Below, piece by piece: positions 36,143-45,867 of a DNA stretch of 64,000 nucleotides. Made by a program: the position numbers and the translations under genes. The notes under the pieces are model-generated. The model was not told the DNA's origin. It saw nothing but the letters and a program-made list of their open reading frames with translations, and did not search any database. The stretch is from a virus: the IMG/VR virus record IMGVR_UViG_3300035086_000100, positions 35,060 to 99,059 of that record; one strand, given 5' to 3'. The first letter of the stretch is position 1. Each line of letters begins with the position of its first letter.

Positions 36143-36423
36143 ACCGCCCGCAGCTTGAGGCAGCCGTCCGCCGGGCACTTTCCGCGGTCGCGCCCGCAGC
36201 CGCCACCGCGCACCTGAACGACGCGACCGACGTGATCCTGGCCGCAGCCGATGCCTACCGGCGCCCCCCGTCACGGCGGCCCAGCGTGACGGCACTGGCC
36301 GAGATGGAACGCCGCCGGGCCTGCTGGCTGAGCAGCGACACCGACGAGACGCGCGCAGTCCGGCGGGACGTGCTTTACGCCGAGGTCGGCGAGTTCGAGC
36401 GCGCGGCGAGAGTGGCTGCGTGA
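36139..36423 (+). CDS. Hypothetical protein
   Basis: GTGA coupling. Confidence 0.55.
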   Translation: MNRPQLEAAVRRALSAVAPAAATAHLNDATDVILAAADAYRRPPSRRPSVTALAEMERRRACWLSSDTDETRAVRRDVLYAEVGEFERAARVAA

Positions 36424-36563
36424 TGCTCCCCGAACTGATGCCCTCAGCCTCCGGCTTTCTATGTCCCGATCACGGGGACACCCTGGCGTGGCGGCAGTGC
36501 GGGGACTGGACTGCCCGGGCCGTGTGCGCGGTGCCTGGCTGCGGATACGAGGCGGCGGCATGA
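36423..36563 (+). CDS. Small Zn-ribbon protein (46 aa)
   Basis: Hand-read; CPDH..CAVPGC; coupled on both sides. Confidence 0.45.
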   Translation: MLPELMPSASGFLCPDHGDTLAWRQCGDWTARAVCAVPGCGYEAAA

Positions 36564-36841
36564 CCAGTCACAGGGCGCTGCCGCTGGAGCCTGCCATCGC
36601 CGCCGCGAGGGGCCTGACCCCGGCTGAGCGCGCCAGGGCGGTGGAGCGGGCCAAGGGCGTCGCGTTCCAGTTCGTCACCGCCGTCCGCAACGGCAGCGCG
36701 GCGGGGGTGCAGCGGGTCGCGAACGGCCTGGACTGGCACGAGATGGCGGCTCTTGCCGTGGTCCTGGCCGAGGCGGCGGACCCGGTGAAGCTCAAGGTCG
36801 TCAAGGAAGCGCGGGATCCGGCCCGGGAGCCGGCGGCATGA
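36560..36841 (+). CDS. Hypothetical protein
   Basis: ATGA coupling. Confidence 0.55.
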   Translation: MTSHRALPLEPAIAAARGLTPAERARAVERAKGVAFQFVTAVRNGSAAGVQRVANGLDWHEMAALAVVLAEAADPVKLKVVKEARDPAREPAA

Positions 36842-37014
36842 CCGCGCTGACTGACAGGGAAGCCCGGCTGGCCCGGGTCCTGGCCGAGATGGACCAGGCA
36901 CGCGCCGAGCGGCTGGCGGCCGAACTGAGGTACCAGCGGCTGACGGCAGAACTGATCGAGATCGGCGCCGAAAAGCGGGCCGAGATGACGCGAGACACGG
37001 AGGATGCACGATGA
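36838..37014 (+). CDS. Small coiled-coil protein (58 aa)
   Basis: Hand-read MTALTDREARLARVLAEM..; coupled on both sides. Confidence 0.5.
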   Translation: MTALTDREARLARVLAEMDQARAERLAAELRYQRLTAELIEIGAEKRAEMTRDTEDAR

Positions 37015-37613
37015 CAGAAGCGATCTCAGTCCCGGCCCACGAGCTGCGGCGGGCGCTGACAGCGGTCCTGCCGCACTGCGGGGAAGATGACACGCTACCC
37101 GCGCTGACGTGCGTGAACCTGGAAGCGAGCGGCGGCTGGCTGTACCTGGTCGCCACCGACCGGTACTCGATGGGCGTGGCCAGGGTGTTCGTGATGGGCG
37201 GCTGCGGCGACCAGGACGCGATGCTCCCGGCGAAGCACGCGAAGGCGCTGCGGCGGTTGCTCAGGGACGCCGGCAACGGCACGGCCGAGCTGAGGCTGGC
37301 GGACGGGAAGCTCACGGCAGCGGTCAGGGACCGGTCGGCGACGTGGCCCACAAGTGCCGCGAAGCACTCCGGCAGCTACCCCGGATGGCGGGGCATGCTC
37401 GGCAAGATGCTGGCCGCCGATCCGGTTCACCTCCCCGACGACTGCGGGGTGAACGGTGAACTGCTCGCGCCGGCCGGTGCTGTCACGGCTCCTCCCGCCG
37501 GGGCGGCGGCGACTGGGCCGTCGATCACCGAACTGGCCGCCAGGGCGCATGATGTCTGGGATTCCACATTGGGCGGTCCGGCTCACCCCGCTGAGGCGGT
37601 GAGCGCCAAGTGA
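37011..37613 (+). CDS. Single-domain DNA polymerase III beta-clamp-like protein
   Basis: ELRRAL..DDTLPALTCV..LVATDRY..YP.WR. Confidence 0.7.
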   Translation: MTEAISVPAHELRRALTAVLPHCGEDDTLPALTCVNLEASGGWLYLVATDRYSMGVARVFVMGGCGDQDAMLPAKHAKALRRLLRDAGNGTAELRLADGKLTAAVRDRSATWPTSAAKHSGSYPGWRGMLGKMLAADPVHLPDDCGVNGELLAPAGAVTAPPAGAAATGPSITELAARAHDVWDSTLGGPAHPAEAVSAK

Positions 37614-37867
37614 CCGCCACGATCACCCGCGAGCCCTTCACTGACCCGGTAAGCAAGCGGCGCTGCCTCCTGGTCATCCCTCCCGCCGGAAAGATCTTCC
37701 CCGCTGAAGGGGAGCCGAAGACCGGCGTAGCACATCCGGGATGCACTGAACTGGCGGACCTGAGCCTTGACCTGGACGCGTTCTTCTGCCCGGAGTGCAA
37801 GCTGAGCGGGCGGATCTCGGGTGCGTGGGCGCTGGACCGCATCAAGGCGGTGCGGGGCAATGGCTGA
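37610..37867 (+). CDS. Small Zn-binding protein
   Basis: HPGC..FFCPEC. Confidence 0.55.
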   Translation: MTATITREPFTDPVSKRRCLLVIPPAGKIFPAEGEPKTGVAHPGCTELADLSLDLDAFFCPECKLSGRISGAWALDRIKAVRGNG

Positions 37868-38615
37868 GCGCATCGCGTGGCCCGAATGGCTCGCCGGCCT
37901 GAACCCGGAGCAGATGCCCCGCCGCATCCTGAACGCGGTAGCGGCCTGCTATGGCGGAGACGACCACGACCAGCCGGCCACCCAGCACTGCACGGTCAGC
38001 GTGGCGGAGATGTTCCTGCTGAGGCTGCTGGACGAGGCACGCGCCGGATCCGCGCCGGAACTCGCCCGGCTGGCTGAACTTGAGAACGCGCTCAACTGGG
38101 GCACCACGTGCACGTCCTGCGCTGCGGTCCTCGATTCGGCCATCAGGGAGACGAACCGGGCCGAGACAGCCGAAGTCCAGCTGGCCCAGGCCGTGGCGGC
38201 ACTGACCCGGCTGGCACTCGATGAGCGGATGACCGAACCGGGCGTCGCGGACCTGCACGACGAGATCGCGGCGATGCGGGAACATGCGGCAGGAGCGCTG
38301 GACACGGTCCGGCAACTCGGCGGGATGGCCCCTGCGCAGCCCCCAGGACGCCCAGGAGCCGCGAACGCCCCCGGTCCCGTACTGGATGACCCGGCAAACG
38401 CACACGGTGGCTCTCAGGCCCGTCTGGACGTACCCGGGTTCCTTGCCGGAGACCAGCGCCGCAAGTTCCAGTCCGTCGTCGCCGCGAATGAGCGGGCATC
38501 GATCATCTGCCTGCTGCGGGACAAGGCCGCCGGGCTGAGCGGGTCCGACCCGGCGCAGTCCGTCGCCTACTCCGATGCGGCCGACCTGATCGAAGGCGAA
38601 GGCGACCTGCGGTGA
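37860..38615 (+). CDS. Hypothetical coiled-coil protein
   Basis: Long ORF in operon. Confidence 0.6.
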   Translation: MAERIAWPEWLAGLNPEQMPRRILNAVAACYGGDDHDQPATQHCTVSVAEMFLLRLLDEARAGSAPELARLAELENALNWGTTCTSCAAVLDSAIRETNRAETAEVQLAQAVAALTRLALDERMTEPGVADLHDEIAAMREHAAGALDTVRQLGGMAPAQPPGRPGAANAPGPVLDDPANAHGGSQARLDVPGFLAGDQRRKFQSVVAANERASIICLLRDKAAGLSGSDPAQSVAYSDAADLIEGEGDLR

Positions 38616-38655
38616 CCGCCCTGACAGACAAGAACTCACCGAAGGAGGCAAGGAC

Positions 38656-39312
38656 ATGACAGCCAGCGCCGATCTGATGCCCGGCCGGATAGCGGCACTG
38701 CCGGTGAACAAGGCCGGCTATCCGGTGCCATGGTTCGTGGCGACCATCGGCGGAAAGCCCGATTTCCGGGTGATCGGCCATGACGCCATCAACTGCGCGA
38801 TGCAGCAGAAACGCTGCTGGGTCTGCGGAATGCCGTTCGATCGCGGCGAGGACCGGGCGTTCGTGATCGGGCCGATGTGTGCCGTGAACCGCGTCACGGC
38901 TGAGCCGCCGGCACACCGCGACTGCGCCGAGTACAGCGCAACGCACTGCCCCTTCCTGATCACGCCGAACATGACCCGCCGCGATAAGCACCAGCCTGAC
39001 GGCGTGGTCGTCCCGGCCGGGATCTCCATCTCGCGCAATCCCGGCGTGGCGCTGGTCTGGGTCGCGCCCGACCGGTCATGGACCGTGGAGCGCCAGCCAC
39101 GGGAGTCCGGCGGGGGAGTGCTGTTCAGGCTGGGTGAGCCGGCTGAGTGCCTGTGGTACGCCCGGGGCCGGACAGCGACCCGCGCCGAAGTGCTGGAGTC
39201 GATCGACTCGGGCCTGCCGGTCCTGCGGCAGATGGCGGAGGAAGACGGCGCGCTTGACGAGCTTGAGGCCATGCACGCGAAGGCGCTTGCCTACGTTCCG
39301 GCCGCGCCATGA
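38656..39312 (+). CDS. Cys/His-rich hypothetical phage protein
   Basis: GYPVPWFV..CWVCG..EPPAH.DC..CPFL; RBS AAGGA. Confidence 0.75.
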   Translation: MTASADLMPGRIAALPVNKAGYPVPWFVATIGGKPDFRVIGHDAINCAMQQKRCWVCGMPFDRGEDRAFVIGPMCAVNRVTAEPPAHRDCAEYSATHCPFLITPNMTRRDKHQPDGVVVPAGISISRNPGVALVWVAPDRSWTVERQPRESGGGVLFRLGEPAECLWYARGRTATRAEVLESIDSGLPVLRQMAEEDGALDELEAMHAKALAYVPAAP

Positions 39313-39599
39313 CCGCCATCCTCGGCACAGCCGCCGAAATCCTTGCCCTGGCCAGCGCTGTCCTCTGGGTCACCCGGATCTTCCGGCCCCGGGTCCCGGA
39401 GACCGCCGCGGCCGGAACGGGGCTTGCCGCGTCGTCATGCTGGCTGGCTGCGAGCATCCTGATGGGCGACGTGCCGCTCGTTGCCGCCGAGGCGGTGTTC
39501 ACCGGGTTCTGCGCGTGGACGCTGCACCAGGCGGTCCTTGACGCCCATAAGCGCCGTGCCCGCGAAACGGCGCGGCAGGGCACGGGAGGCACCCGGTGA
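39309..39599 (+). CDS. Small membrane protein
   Basis: Three hydrophobic segments. Confidence 0.55.
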   Translation: MTAILGTAAEILALASAVLWVTRIFRPRVPETAAAGTGLAASSCWLAASILMGDVPLVAAEAVFTGFCAWTLHQAVLDAHKRRARETARQGTGGTR

Positions 39600-40153
39600 C
39601 ATCCGGCCAGGAAGCGCTCATCGGCGACGCGGATTGCATGGCGCTGCAACTCGCGGAAGTGCCGGGCGACGAGGTACCCCGCGCAACTGAGCGGACGATG
39701 CTGGACGCCCTGCACTTCCGTTACCGGGCGGTACTCGGCAACGGCCGGCGCTACGTCGCCGCCGAGCATGTCCGGTCCCATGCCAGTTTCGACGCCCGCC
39801 GCACTGCCGATTTCATCGCGGTCGACACGTGGAAGTCGGGCCGGTTCGACCTGCACGGCCACGAGGTCAAGGTGTCCCGGTCGGACTGGCTGCGCGAACT
39901 GAAAGACCCGGAGAAGGCCGCCGAGTTCACGCCGTACATGAACCGCTGGTGGGTTGTCGTGCCTGACTCATCGATCGTGAAGCCGGGGGAACTTCCTGCC
40001 GCATGGGGGCTTCTGGTGCTGGCCGGCGGGTTGCTCGAAGTCGCCCGGCATGCGCCTCGCCAGGACGCCGAGCCGATTCCGCAGACGAGGCTCGTGGCGC
40101 TGATGCGCGCCGTGCAGTCAACCGCCGCAAGCAGAGCGGGAGCGGACCGGTGA
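39596..40153 (+). CDS. PD-(D/E)XK (MmcB-like) nuclease
   Basis: RTADFIAV..GHEVKVSRSDWLREL..WGLL. Confidence 0.75.
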   Translation: MTSGQEALIGDADCMALQLAEVPGDEVPRATERTMLDALHFRYRAVLGNGRRYVAAEHVRSHASFDARRTADFIAVDTWKSGRFDLHGHEVKVSRSDWLRELKDPEKAAEFTPYMNRWWVVVPDSSIVKPGELPAAWGLLVLAGGLLEVARHAPRQDAEPIPQTRLVALMRAVQSTAASRAGADR

Positions 40154-40326
40154 CCAGCGCCGAACTCCGGGCCGCGATCAGGGCGCTCTGCCCGTCCGCA
40201 ACCCGGTCCCAGGTGCTTGCCCTTGAGGGCCTGATCGCACGGAGCGCAGAAGCGATCGCCCACCCTCCGTACCGGGTTCCCTGGGGGATGGGGCCGTATG
40301 CGAAGCGGGAGAAGTCAGGTGAGTGA
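40150..40326 (+). CDS. Small hypothetical protein
   Basis: GTGA coupling. Confidence 0.4.
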   Translation: MTSAELRAAIRALCPSATRSQVLALEGLIARSAEAIAHPPYRVPWGMGPYAKREKSGE

Positions 40327-41893
40327 CGGCGTCGTGCTGGAGTTGTTCGGCGGTCCGGGCGGGCTCTCCGAGGGCATGCGCATGCTCGGAATCCGTAACC
40401 ACGTCGGGCTGGAACTCGACAAGTGGGCTTGCGCTACCAGGGCCGCAGCCGGCCACCGGACGGTCAGGTGCGACGTGGCCCAGTTCGGCCTGAGCCGCAT
40501 CGGCTGCAAGGTCTGCGCCGTGGTCGGCTCGCCGGTCTGCATTTCGTTCAGCGCCGCGGGCAAGCGCGGGGGCGTCGCGCTGCTGGGCGTCCTTGAGGTC
40601 TTGATCCGCGAGTTGCTGGCCGGCCGGGCCACGCGGGCGGTGCGCCGCCGCGAGATGGCCCGGCTGCTGCGCGCGTCGTCATGGGCGGCCGACGCACCGC
40701 CCCGGCTGGACGCCTACGCCTGGCAGCGTGACTATCAGTCCGCGTTCAAGCGCAGGCTGCTCGCACGGAAAGGCAGCCCGAGGGCACTGGAGCGCGGCAT
40801 CACCGCGACCGCGACGCCTGGCAGGCTCACCCGCGCTGAGCGGTCCGCGGCCATCTGGCAGACAGTCCGGTCAGCGTCCCTGGTAGCCGAGCCAGCCCGG
40901 TACATCGCCGCGTGCCGTCCCGAGTGGGTAGCGCTGGAGCAGGTGCCCGCGGTGCTGCCGCTGTGGCAGGTGTACGCCGAGGAACTGCGGAAGATGGGCT
41001 ACAGCGCGTGGTGCGGGCTGCTGAATTCCGCGGACTATGGCGTCCCGCAAACGCGCATCCGGGCCATCCTGATCGCTTCCCGCGTCCGCCAGGTCTCCCG
41101 CCCGGTCCCGACCCACTACGACCCCCGCAAAGGGATGCAGTTGTTCGGCTCGCCGTGGGTCTCGATGGCCGAGGCGCTGGGATGGGGAGCGGACGGCAGG
41201 CCGAGCCCGGCAGTGACCGCGGGCGGTACGAGCACCGGGGGAGCCGAGCCGTTCGGTCACCGTGACCGCCAGGCGCTCGAGTCGGAGCGCGACTCGGGCC
41301 GGTGGGCGCTGAGGATCGACGCGCAGGCGAACGCCAGCGTCCGTGACGTGACAGCGCCAGCGCCAGCGCTGAAGTTTGGCCACTCGGCGGCGAATATGCA
41401 ATGGGTTCTGCACACCAACCGCGGCCAGGATAAGGCCGGCAACCGGCAGACCGCGGACCCGCAGACCGCGCCCGCGCCCGCGCCCGCGCTAACAGCTAAA
41501 TCCGGTAACCAGTGGATCTTGCGTAACAACAACAACAACAACGCATGCTCCCGGAGCCTTGACGAGCCGGCTGGAACCCTGTTCTTCGGTGGCCGGTCCA
41601 ACTGGGCGGCATGGGTTCACGAGCGCCCTGCTACCTCAGTCATGGGCGACCCGCGGCTAGGCTGGCCAGGGCACAAGGGGCGGGGGAGTGGCGGCGAGTC
41701 CCATTTCGCGGTCGACTCGGTGCGGATCACGCCCGAGGAGGCCGCAGCGTTGCAGTCCTTCCCGCCCGGCTATCCGTTTAAAGGTACGAAAACAGCCATT
41801 TTCACCCAGATTGGCAACGCGGTTCCCCCCTTGCTGGCCGCTCACGTCCTGGCCATGGCTACCGGCATCTCAGCAGAGTCGATAGCCGCATGA
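40319..41893 (+). CDS. C5-cytosine DNA methyltransferase
   Basis: ELFGGPGG, SPVC.SFS.AG, EQV, YGVPQTRIR, LQSFP, QIGNAVPP. Confidence 0.9.
   Translation: MSDGVVLELFGGPGGLSEGMRMLGIRNHVGLELDKWACATRAAAGHRTVRCDVAQFGLSRIGCKVCAVVGSPVCISFSAAGKRGGVALLGVLEVLIRELLAGRATRAVRRREMARLLRASSWAADAPPRLDAYAWQRDYQSAFKRRLLARKGSPRALERGITATATPGRLTRAERSAAIWQTVRSASLVAEPARYIAACRPEWVALEQVPAVLPLWQVYAEELRKMGYSAWCGLLNSADYGVPQTRIRAILIASRVRQVSRPVPTHYDPRKGMQLFGSPWVSMAEALGWGADGRPSPAVTAGGTSTGGAEPFGHRDRQALESERDSGRWALRIDAQANASVRDVTAPAPALKFGHSAANMQWVLHTNRGQDKAGNRQTADPQTAPAPAPALTAKSGNQWILRNNNNNNACSRSLDEPAGTLFFGGRSNWAAWVHERPATSVMGDPRLGWPGHKGRGSGGESHFAVDSVRITPEEAAALQSFPPGYPFKGTKTAIFTQIGNAVPPLLAAHVLAMATGISAESIAA
41525..41542 (+). repeat. 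(AAC)6 microsatellite inside the methyltransferase
   Basis: Encodes NNNNNN. Confidence 0.85.
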
Positions 41894-41971
41894 CCCCCTC
41901 TCCTGTCCCGCTGCCGGTACTGCCGGAGGGTTGAGGGCGGTTCAGGTATCCGGCGATGTGCCGTGAACGGG

Positions 41972-42220
41972 TTAACCGCTTTTGCGCGGCCTGCCGCCCT
42001 TGTTGGCCCTGTTGGCGGCCATCTCGGCTTCGCCCCGCGCAAGGTCGGCCTTGTCCTGGTCGTCGCCGTGCCGCCGGATGGTGCGCCTCATGTGGCCGAG
42101 CACATCCTCGGTGCGGTTGCGCCCGAGCCGCTTGCACACCCGGTCGTAGGCGTCCCAGATGCCGTCCGGTACCCGGAGCACGCGGTTAGTCGTATGAGTC
42201 TCCTGGGCGCGGCTCGGCAT
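41972..42220 (-). CDS. Ribbon-helix-helix regulator
   Basis: TNRVLRVPDGIWDAY..GRNRTEDV. Confidence 0.7.
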   Translation of the reverse strand: MPSRAQETHTTNRVLRVPDGIWDAYDRVCKRLGRNRTEDVLGHMRRTIRRHGDDQDKADLARGEAEMAANRANKGGRPRKSG

Positions 42221-42237
42221 GCCGCCAACGGTATCGG

Positions 42238-42307
42238 ATGCATATGCACGAGGTCTATCGGAGGGGTTGCGGTTCATGGTCCCAAGGGTATAGCATGCAT
42301 ATGCACG
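42238..42307. promoter_or_regulatory. Two copies of palindromic operator ATGCATATGCACG
   Basis: 42238-50 and 42295-307, between divergent genes. Confidence 0.7.
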
Positions 42308-42330
42308 GTTCAAGTACCGGGAGGCACTGA

Positions 42331-42525
42331 ATGGCCAGAATTGTCCGCAGCAAGAAGGTCACCCCCACCAGGGCTGACCGCGTGATCCTGGCCATCGCCG
42401 CCCTGATCGAGTGCGACGACTTCCAGGCGGTAGCCAGCGCGGCTGGTCTGGGCTCCACGGCACTGCGGGACCTCGACCGCGCCGCTGACGCTGCCCGCGC
42501 GATGCGAGAGCAGGCCGGGCGATGA
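42331..42525 (+). CDS. Hypothetical protein
   Basis: RBS GGAGG. Confidence 0.6.
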   Translation: MARIVRSKKVTPTRADRVILAIAALIECDDFQAVASAAGLGSTALRDLDRAADAARAMREQAGR

Positions 42526-42881
42526 AGTGCGGCAGATGCCACCGCTCCCTGCGATCAGCCGCCAGCATCGCCGCCGGAATGGGCTGGCGCTGCCAGAGAC
42601 TCGACCGCGCCGACCGGAAGCGGGAAGCCCTTGAGTCCGCGCTGCGCATCGCCGCCGCGCCCTACTCGGGCAAGCAGGTCGATGACGCCAACGCCCTCAT
42701 CGCGGCGGGCAAGCAGGAGCGCGCCAGCCGCCCGGGCCTGTGGGCAACGGAGAGCAGCGACGGGACGACCGTCTACACGACGACCGCACTGAACTGCACA
42801 TGCCGCGCAAACGGACCTTGCAAACATATGTGCGCTGTTGCCCAGCGCGAGATCTACGAGACATTCCAGGAGGTGGCGTGA
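42522..42881 (+). CDS. DUF6011-like Zn finger + SWIM Zn finger
   Basis: C.RC.R.L..SIAAG.G..C; CTC....PCKH. Confidence 0.75.
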   Translation: MKCGRCHRSLRSAASIAAGMGWRCQRLDRADRKREALESALRIAAAPYSGKQVDDANALIAAGKQERASRPGLWATESSDGTTVYTTTALNCTCRANGPCKHMCAVAQREIYETFQEVA

Positions 42882-43201
42882 TGGATCACCGGATGATGCC
42901 GGCCGAGGTCAAGCGGATGGTCAACTACAAGCTACTCGGGCTGCCGTTCCACTCGCAGGCCCATGCCCGCGTCACGCCGAAGGACCAGCGCGGCCGGAAA
43001 TGCGCCGCGTGGTGCGCGAGCTACTACGAGGTTTTCGCCTTCCCGATCAGCATGAGCGCGGACCTTGAGCCCATCGCCGGCGTGCTGCGCAAACTGCCCG
43101 GGGCGAGTGATATCAGGTTCAGGACAGCCGCCGAGGCCACGGGCCTGCTCAGGCCGGGCGTGTTCTGCCGCCTGCCGGTCACCGGTCAGGAGGTGGCCTG
43201 A
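42881..43201 (+). CDS. Hypothetical protein
   Basis: RBS GGAGG. Confidence 0.55.
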   Translation: MDHRMMPAEVKRMVNYKLLGLPFHSQAHARVTPKDQRGRKCAAWCASYYEVFAFPISMSADLEPIAGVLRKLPGASDIRFRTAAEATGLLRPGVFCRLPVTGQEVA

Positions 43202-43202
43202 G

Positions 43203-43457
43203 ATGGCCGACAAGTTCCAGGAGCGCGCGATCAAGAACGTCCGCAAGCGCCACGAGAGTCAGATCCGGGAGAACGCGGAGCGCATCCGGGATCACGTCGG
43301 CTACGTGCTCGCGCGGCTGGACGCCGGCCGCAGCGACTCCGTTGGCCTCTATGCGGACGACATCAGTGCCAGTGCCCGGCGAATCGCGTCCTGCGTCACT
43401 GCGCTTGAGGCGGTCGCAGAGGTCACGGCCATCTACGAGACCACGGACGCCGAGTGA
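43203..43457 (+). CDS. Hypothetical protein
   Basis: RBS GGAGG. Confidence 0.6.
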   Translation: MADKFQERAIKNVRKRHESQIRENAERIRDHVGYVLARLDAGRSDSVGLYADDISASARRIASCVTALEAVAEVTAIYETTDAE

Positions 43458-43717
43458 TGACTACCTCCCCCCTCGAAGACCTCCGCATCGACCCCGAGCG
43501 CTCCTGCCGTTCATGCGCTCACCCGAAGTGGATGGAATGCGGCTGTTTCTGCTGCGCCGCCGATGAGGAAGCCGAGTTCGCTGAGGTCCTCGAAGCACTG
43601 GCTCTCGCCGCTCTGGCTGACGACGACAAGGCCGCCGCAGGGTGGTTCTGGACTGCCTCAGGCGAACACGGCAAGTACCGCGCCGAACTGCTGGAACTAA
43701 CGGAAGGGGCTGAGTAA
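43454..43717 (+). CDS. Cys-rich hypothetical protein
   Basis: Coupled ORF. Confidence 0.55.
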   Translation: MMTTSPLEDLRIDPERSCRSCAHPKWMECGCFCCAADEEAEFAEVLEALALAALADDDKAAAGWFWTASGEHGKYRAELLELTEGAE

Positions 43718-43947
43718 TGGCTAAGTACACCGTCTACCTGACGGCAACTGCGAGCACGTCGGTTGAGGTCGATGCGGAAGACCGCGACGACGCGATCGAG
43801 AAGGCGCTCAGTGCGAACATGCCCACGATCTGCGCCCAGTGCTCTGGCTGGGGTCGTGAGTACAGCCTTGAGATCGCCGACAACTGGGACTTCAGCGAAG
43901 TCGAGGACCAGAACGGAAACATCGTCGGTCCCGAGGACGAAGGCTGA
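43717..43947 (+). CDS. Hypothetical protein
   Basis: KY.V.L..V.V.AE..DAIE.A; CAQC. Confidence 0.65.
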   Translation: MAKYTVYLTATASTSVEVDAEDRDDAIEKALSANMPTICAQCSGWGREYSLEIADNWDFSEVEDQNGNIVGPEDEG

Positions 43948-43950
43948 CCC

Positions 43951-44169
43951 ATGCAACTCACCACCACCACCTACCTGGACCAGGTCAGCGCTGTCTCCTG
44001 GCAGTCACCTGACGGGGCATTCAAGGTCCGCAAGATCACCGCCGGGCATGGCGGGACGGCTTACGAGGTCACCCCGGAGTCCGGCCGGGCATTCCTTGTC
44101 TCGTCTCTGGGTGAGGCGCTGGAAGCCGTTGAGAAGGCCGCTCAGTCGCTCCAGGACGGTGCCCTGTGA
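43951..44169 (+). CDS. Hypothetical protein
   Basis: In operon. Confidence 0.55.
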   Translation: MQLTTTTYLDQVSAVSWQSPDGAFKVRKITAGHGGTAYEVTPESGRAFLVSSLGEALEAVEKAAQSLQDGAL

Positions 44170-44516
44170 CCGACCTGATCCGCTGGGAGGACAACAGCTT
44201 CGAGGGGCTCGGCGGCTACGTTCTCGGCACGAGTACCCCGTTCTTCGCGATCGTGGACCGGGGCAACGGCACTCCGCTGATGCTCCTGTCGTCATTGCCG
44301 GGACCGCGCGAGCGCCTCTCCAGTGACGAGCACGACCCCGTGCCGCTGAAGGCTGAGGCCGAGAGGCTGCTGCGCGAGTTCGCGGTTTCGGTCCTGGCCG
44401 CTGACGGCCCTCCCTGCGCCGCGTGTGCCGCGCTCCGGATCTGGCTCGGCTCGCTGCATTTCGCATGGACCCGCGACGTGCTGGCCAAGATGACGGAACT
44501 GGAGGCCGGGCCGTGA
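44166..44516 (+). CDS. Hypothetical protein
   Basis: GTGA coupling. Confidence 0.55.
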   Translation: MTDLIRWEDNSFEGLGGYVLGTSTPFFAIVDRGNGTPLMLLSSLPGPRERLSSDEHDPVPLKAEAERLLREFAVSVLAADGPPCAACAALRIWLGSLHFAWTRDVLAKMTELEAGP

Positions 44517-45367
44517 GCGCCGGCACGGCAGCCGGGCACGGAACGCGGGGTTGCTACCTGCGGGACTGCGACCGCCCCGAATGCGCCGAAGCGCATCACG
44601 ACTACCTCGCTGGCCGGAAGCGGCAGATCGCCTACGGACGGTGGGACCCGTACGCGGACGCCGAGCCGGTGCGGCTGCACCTGAAGGAGCTGGAGGCAGC
44701 CGCCGGGGTCACGGCGTCGCAGGCCGCCGCCGTAGCCGGCGTCAGTCACACGCGGGTCATCGAGCTGATGCAGGGGAAAGTGAAGCGCATCCGCCACGAC
44801 AAGGCCGAGAAACTCCTCGCCATGACCGTCGAGTCGGCCCGGCAGCGTGACTGCCTGCTTGCCGACGCCACGGGAACGGTCCGCAGGCTCCAGTCGCTGA
44901 TGGCGTACGGGTGGACAAGGCCGATGCTGGCGGCGGCGCTGGGCATCTCCAAGCAGTGCCTCGCCGAACTGCTGACCCGCAGGCGGGTGCAGGAGAAGAC
45001 CCGCCGGGCGGTACGCGAACTGTACGACCGCGACATCCGCCCTCCCGTCGTCACGGCACGGGACCGGACCGAATCGGAGCGGACGAGACGGGACGCGCTT
45101 GCCGCCGGCTGGGCACCGCCGCTTGCCTGGGACGACGAGGAGATCGACGATCCGGCGGCACAGTCGCACGGCGTGATCATCCCGGGCCGCCGCAAGGGCA
45201 GCGTCGTGCTGGCCCAGGTAGCGGACCTCGCCGTGATCGGGGTCACTGACCGCGCCGAGGTAGCGGACCGGCTGAGCATCAGCAAGGACGCCCTGGACAA
45301 GGCACTGAGCCGGGCAGCACGGCGAGCGGCAGGGCAGTGCGAGGCTGCGGAGAGGCTGGCGTCATGA
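44513..45367 (+). CDS. Multi-HTH DNA-binding protein with N-terminal Zn motif
   Basis: HGT..Y..C..C; DA.GT.RRLQ.L..GW; W.PPLAWDD..IDDP; C-terminal HTH. Confidence 0.8.
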   Translation: MSAGTAAGHGTRGCYLRDCDRPECAEAHHDYLAGRKRQIAYGRWDPYADAEPVRLHLKELEAAAGVTASQAAAVAGVSHTRVIELMQGKVKRIRHDKAEKLLAMTVESARQRDCLLADATGTVRRLQSLMAYGWTRPMLAAALGISKQCLAELLTRRRVQEKTRRAVRELYDRDIRPPVVTARDRTESERTRRDALAAGWAPPLAWDDEEIDDPAAQSHGVIIPGRRKGSVVLAQVADLAVIGVTDRAEVADRLSISKDALDKALSRAARRAAGQCEAAERLAS

Positions 45368-45867
45368 AGTGCCTGAGCATCCGCCAGCCGTGGCTGTGGG
45401 CCATTGAGCGGATGGACTGGAAGCGAGTAGAGAACCGCACCTGGGCCTGCCCGCCCGATGTGATCGGCACCGTGATCGCGCTGCATGCCTCGAAGCGCTT
45501 CGACCGGGACGCTGAGTTCCCGCCCGATTTCGACTGGCACGGAGAGCCGCCCCTGACCGAGCCGGAGTTCCACCTCGGCGCGATCGGCTCGGTAGCGCGG
45601 ATCACTGGCTGCCATCACGTCAGCGGCTGCCGCCACATCTGCCCGGAACCCGAGGACTGGGACGGGGTTGACCTGCCGTGCACCGAATACGACGGAGCAT
45701 GCGTCAACCTCTGCTCGCCGTGGTCGGCGCATGACCAGTACCACTGGCTGCTGACCGAGGTTCAGGTCCTGCCCGAGCCGGTTCCGCACAAGGGAACGCT
45801 CGGCTTGCGGCCCCTCCCCGATGACGTTGAGAGCGCCGTTAGAGCCCAGCTAGCTAGGAGAGCCTGA
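45364..45867 (+). CDS. ASCH-domain protein
   Basis: LSIRQPW..K.VENRTW..ALHAS..G.LGL. Confidence 0.85.
   Translation: MKCLSIRQPWLWAIERMDWKRVENRTWACPPDVIGTVIALHASKRFDRDAEFPPDFDWHGEPPLTEPEFHLGAIGSVARITGCHHVSGCRHICPEPEDWDGVDLPCTEYDGACVNLCSPWSAHDQYHWLLTEVQVLPEPVPHKGTLGLRPLPDDVESAVRAQLARRA

Noticed and set aside
42305-42325. GGTTCAAGT as a tRNA T-loop
   Set aside because: No cloverleaf or acceptor stem; no tRNA or rRNA recognised anywhere in the window.
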